Source: Nostoc punctiforme PCC 73102
GTDB lineage: Bacteria; Cyanobacteriota; Cyanobacteriia; Cyanobacteriales; Nostocaceae
Direction: 5' to 3'
DNA: 32,000 bases
Assembly (NCBI RefSeq): GCF_000020025.1
Contig: NC_010628.1
Location: 4,140,001 to 4,172,000 of the forward strand
The notes beneath the pieces were generated by a model. The model had not been told where the DNA came from. It made no database searches and saw nothing but the letters and a program-made list of their open reading frames with translations. The translations under genes and the position numbers were made by a program. This document shows positions 31,188 to 32,000 of the stretch, piece by piece (the first letter of the stretch is position 1; every line of letters starts with the position of its first letter).

Positions 31188-32000
31188 CTATGTTAAATTT
31201 GGATATAAACGCTCCATTTTTCGGCGAGCATCTTTGGTTTGAAAACCCCAATAAACACTAGCTTTTTGCTGATTACGTTTTTTCTCCCAAGCGGCAATCT
31301 CAGAAGTTAATGTTTCTGCATTAGGAATACGCCGTTCTAAACATTGGCGAGATAAAACAGATAATTCGATTTCTACCTGATTCAGCCCTTCGGGTTCGCC
31401 AGTTGCTTCAAGTCGGGGAACCCGCCCAACGCACTGGCTCACCAAGAAGCGTGTTTAGGAGTATAGTGAAACTCTAACTTTTGAATAATTCGACGTGCTT
31501 CTTCTGGTGGAAAAACTTCATATAATGCATTGGGTGTATGAATATTCAAGTTATCAACTACTAAACGAATAACATCGGCATCTCGGTAGGAAACATCTAC
31601 TAAATTTTTCATTTGTTTAGCAAAATCGGCTTTAGTTCGACGTTCTGTAACTTCGATATGCCGCCATCCAGCCAAGGGTTGAAAACATGCGAATAAATTA
31701 CTGTCCCGTTACGTTTATACTCAAAATCATAACGTTCAGGTTGCTCTGGCTGTGGTGGCAAAGGAAGTCTTACTTCTTCTACTAATTGGTATGGACGTTC
31801 ATCAAAGCAGACTACAGGGCGTTTAGGATCATAAGGCTCATTGTATAAATCCAGCACATCTTCCATTCGGAAAACATATTCTGCGTTAACTTCAGGAATA
31901 CACCATTGTTCTTTCAACCAAGGCTTAATTTCATTTTTTTTAAAGTTTGACGTACTGTTTCATCTGAGATTGAATCTATGATACCAACGTTCACTAAATG
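31188..32000 (-). pseudogene. IS630-family DDE transposase, degraded (frameshift, 56-nt insertion, A8 slip site); N-terminus beyond the window
   Basis: The three track ORFs (31609-31917, 31439-31675, 31188-31445) sit in three frames. Together they spell a contiguous IS630-type sequence: ...[27 protein letters not shown]...[30 protein letters not shown]...LVVDNLNIHTP...LEFHYTPKHASW/LNQVEIELSVLSRQCL.... Upstream of 31917 the reverse strand still reads ...[15 protein letters not shown], the HTH part. Confidence 0.8.
31386..31441. repeat. 56-nt GC-rich, self-complementary mini-insertion interrupting the IS630 transposase between ...HYTPKHASW and LNQVEIE...
   Basis: The plus strand reads cccttcgggttcgccagttgcttcaagtcggggaacccgcccaacgcactggctca. 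It contains complementary pairs GGGTTC/GAACCC and GCCAGT/ACTGGC and a CCC-TTC-GGG mini-hairpin. The length is not a multiple of 3, and the insert begins with TGA in the transposase frame. Confidence 0.65.

Noticed and set aside
1-32000. A CRISPR array, tRNA, rRNA or group II intron/retron/DGR reverse transcriptase.
   Set aside because: I saw no repeat-spacer periodicity of 25-40 nt. The only tandem repeats are the 6-nt microsatellite, the 11-mer x2 and the G-run units. There are no cloverleaf-like GC-rich 70-90-nt islands, no rRNA-like sequence flanking the IVS-family gene, and no RT motif (YxDD) in any long ORF. So the Avd-like four-helix-bundle gene is not part of a DGR within this window.

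Overview
This 32-kb window is visibly AT-rich. It carries at least eight HIP1 palindromes (GCGATCGC), cyanobacteria-typical families (DUF1822, a repeat-flanked four-helix-bundle gene) and IS4/IS701/IS630-type elements. I read it as accessory DNA, a plasmid or integrative conjugative element, of a filamentous Nostocales-like cyanobacterium; this is inference, since no search was possible. There are three zones. (1) 1-4462 holds the 3' part of a minus-strand conjugation/T4SS operon: a VirB4-like ATPase with an Asn17 hexanucleotide microsatellite and a downstream signal-peptide protein. Its 5' end is capped by an IS4-family element whose transposase has one in-frame TGA. (2) 4627-24544 is about 20 kb of cargo dominated by conflict/programmed-cell-death-type genes. 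On the minus strand these are a TPR-CHAT protease, a 1175-aa secreted protein, a 634-aa membrane-anchored helical-repeat protein, a membrane-anchored orthocaspase, a DUF1822 protein and a sigma-70-like protein. Divergent from them are an HTH-NB-ARC-TPR STAND NTPase, a GRDP-like protein, and a trypco2-like small protein followed by a second CHAT protease. (3) 24545-32000 is a mobilisation and decay zone. It contains a MobV relaxase-DUF3991/Toprim fusion broken by one in-frame TGA, a four-helix-bundle (23S rRNA IVS/Avd-like) gene in a cassette bounded by inverted G-run repeats, and an RHH/coiled-coil gene. It also holds an intact IS701-family element, a probably 5'-truncated ORF, and a multiply damaged IS630-family transposase running off the window. 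I saw no rRNA, tRNA or CRISPR array. The best candidates for an undescribed system are the sigma-like/DUF1822/orthocaspase operon, the membrane-protein/giant-secreted-protein/TPR-CHAT operon, and the trypco2-like/CHAT pair, possibly coordinated by the divergent STAND NTPase. All family names come from motif recognition by eye and need HMM confirmation.
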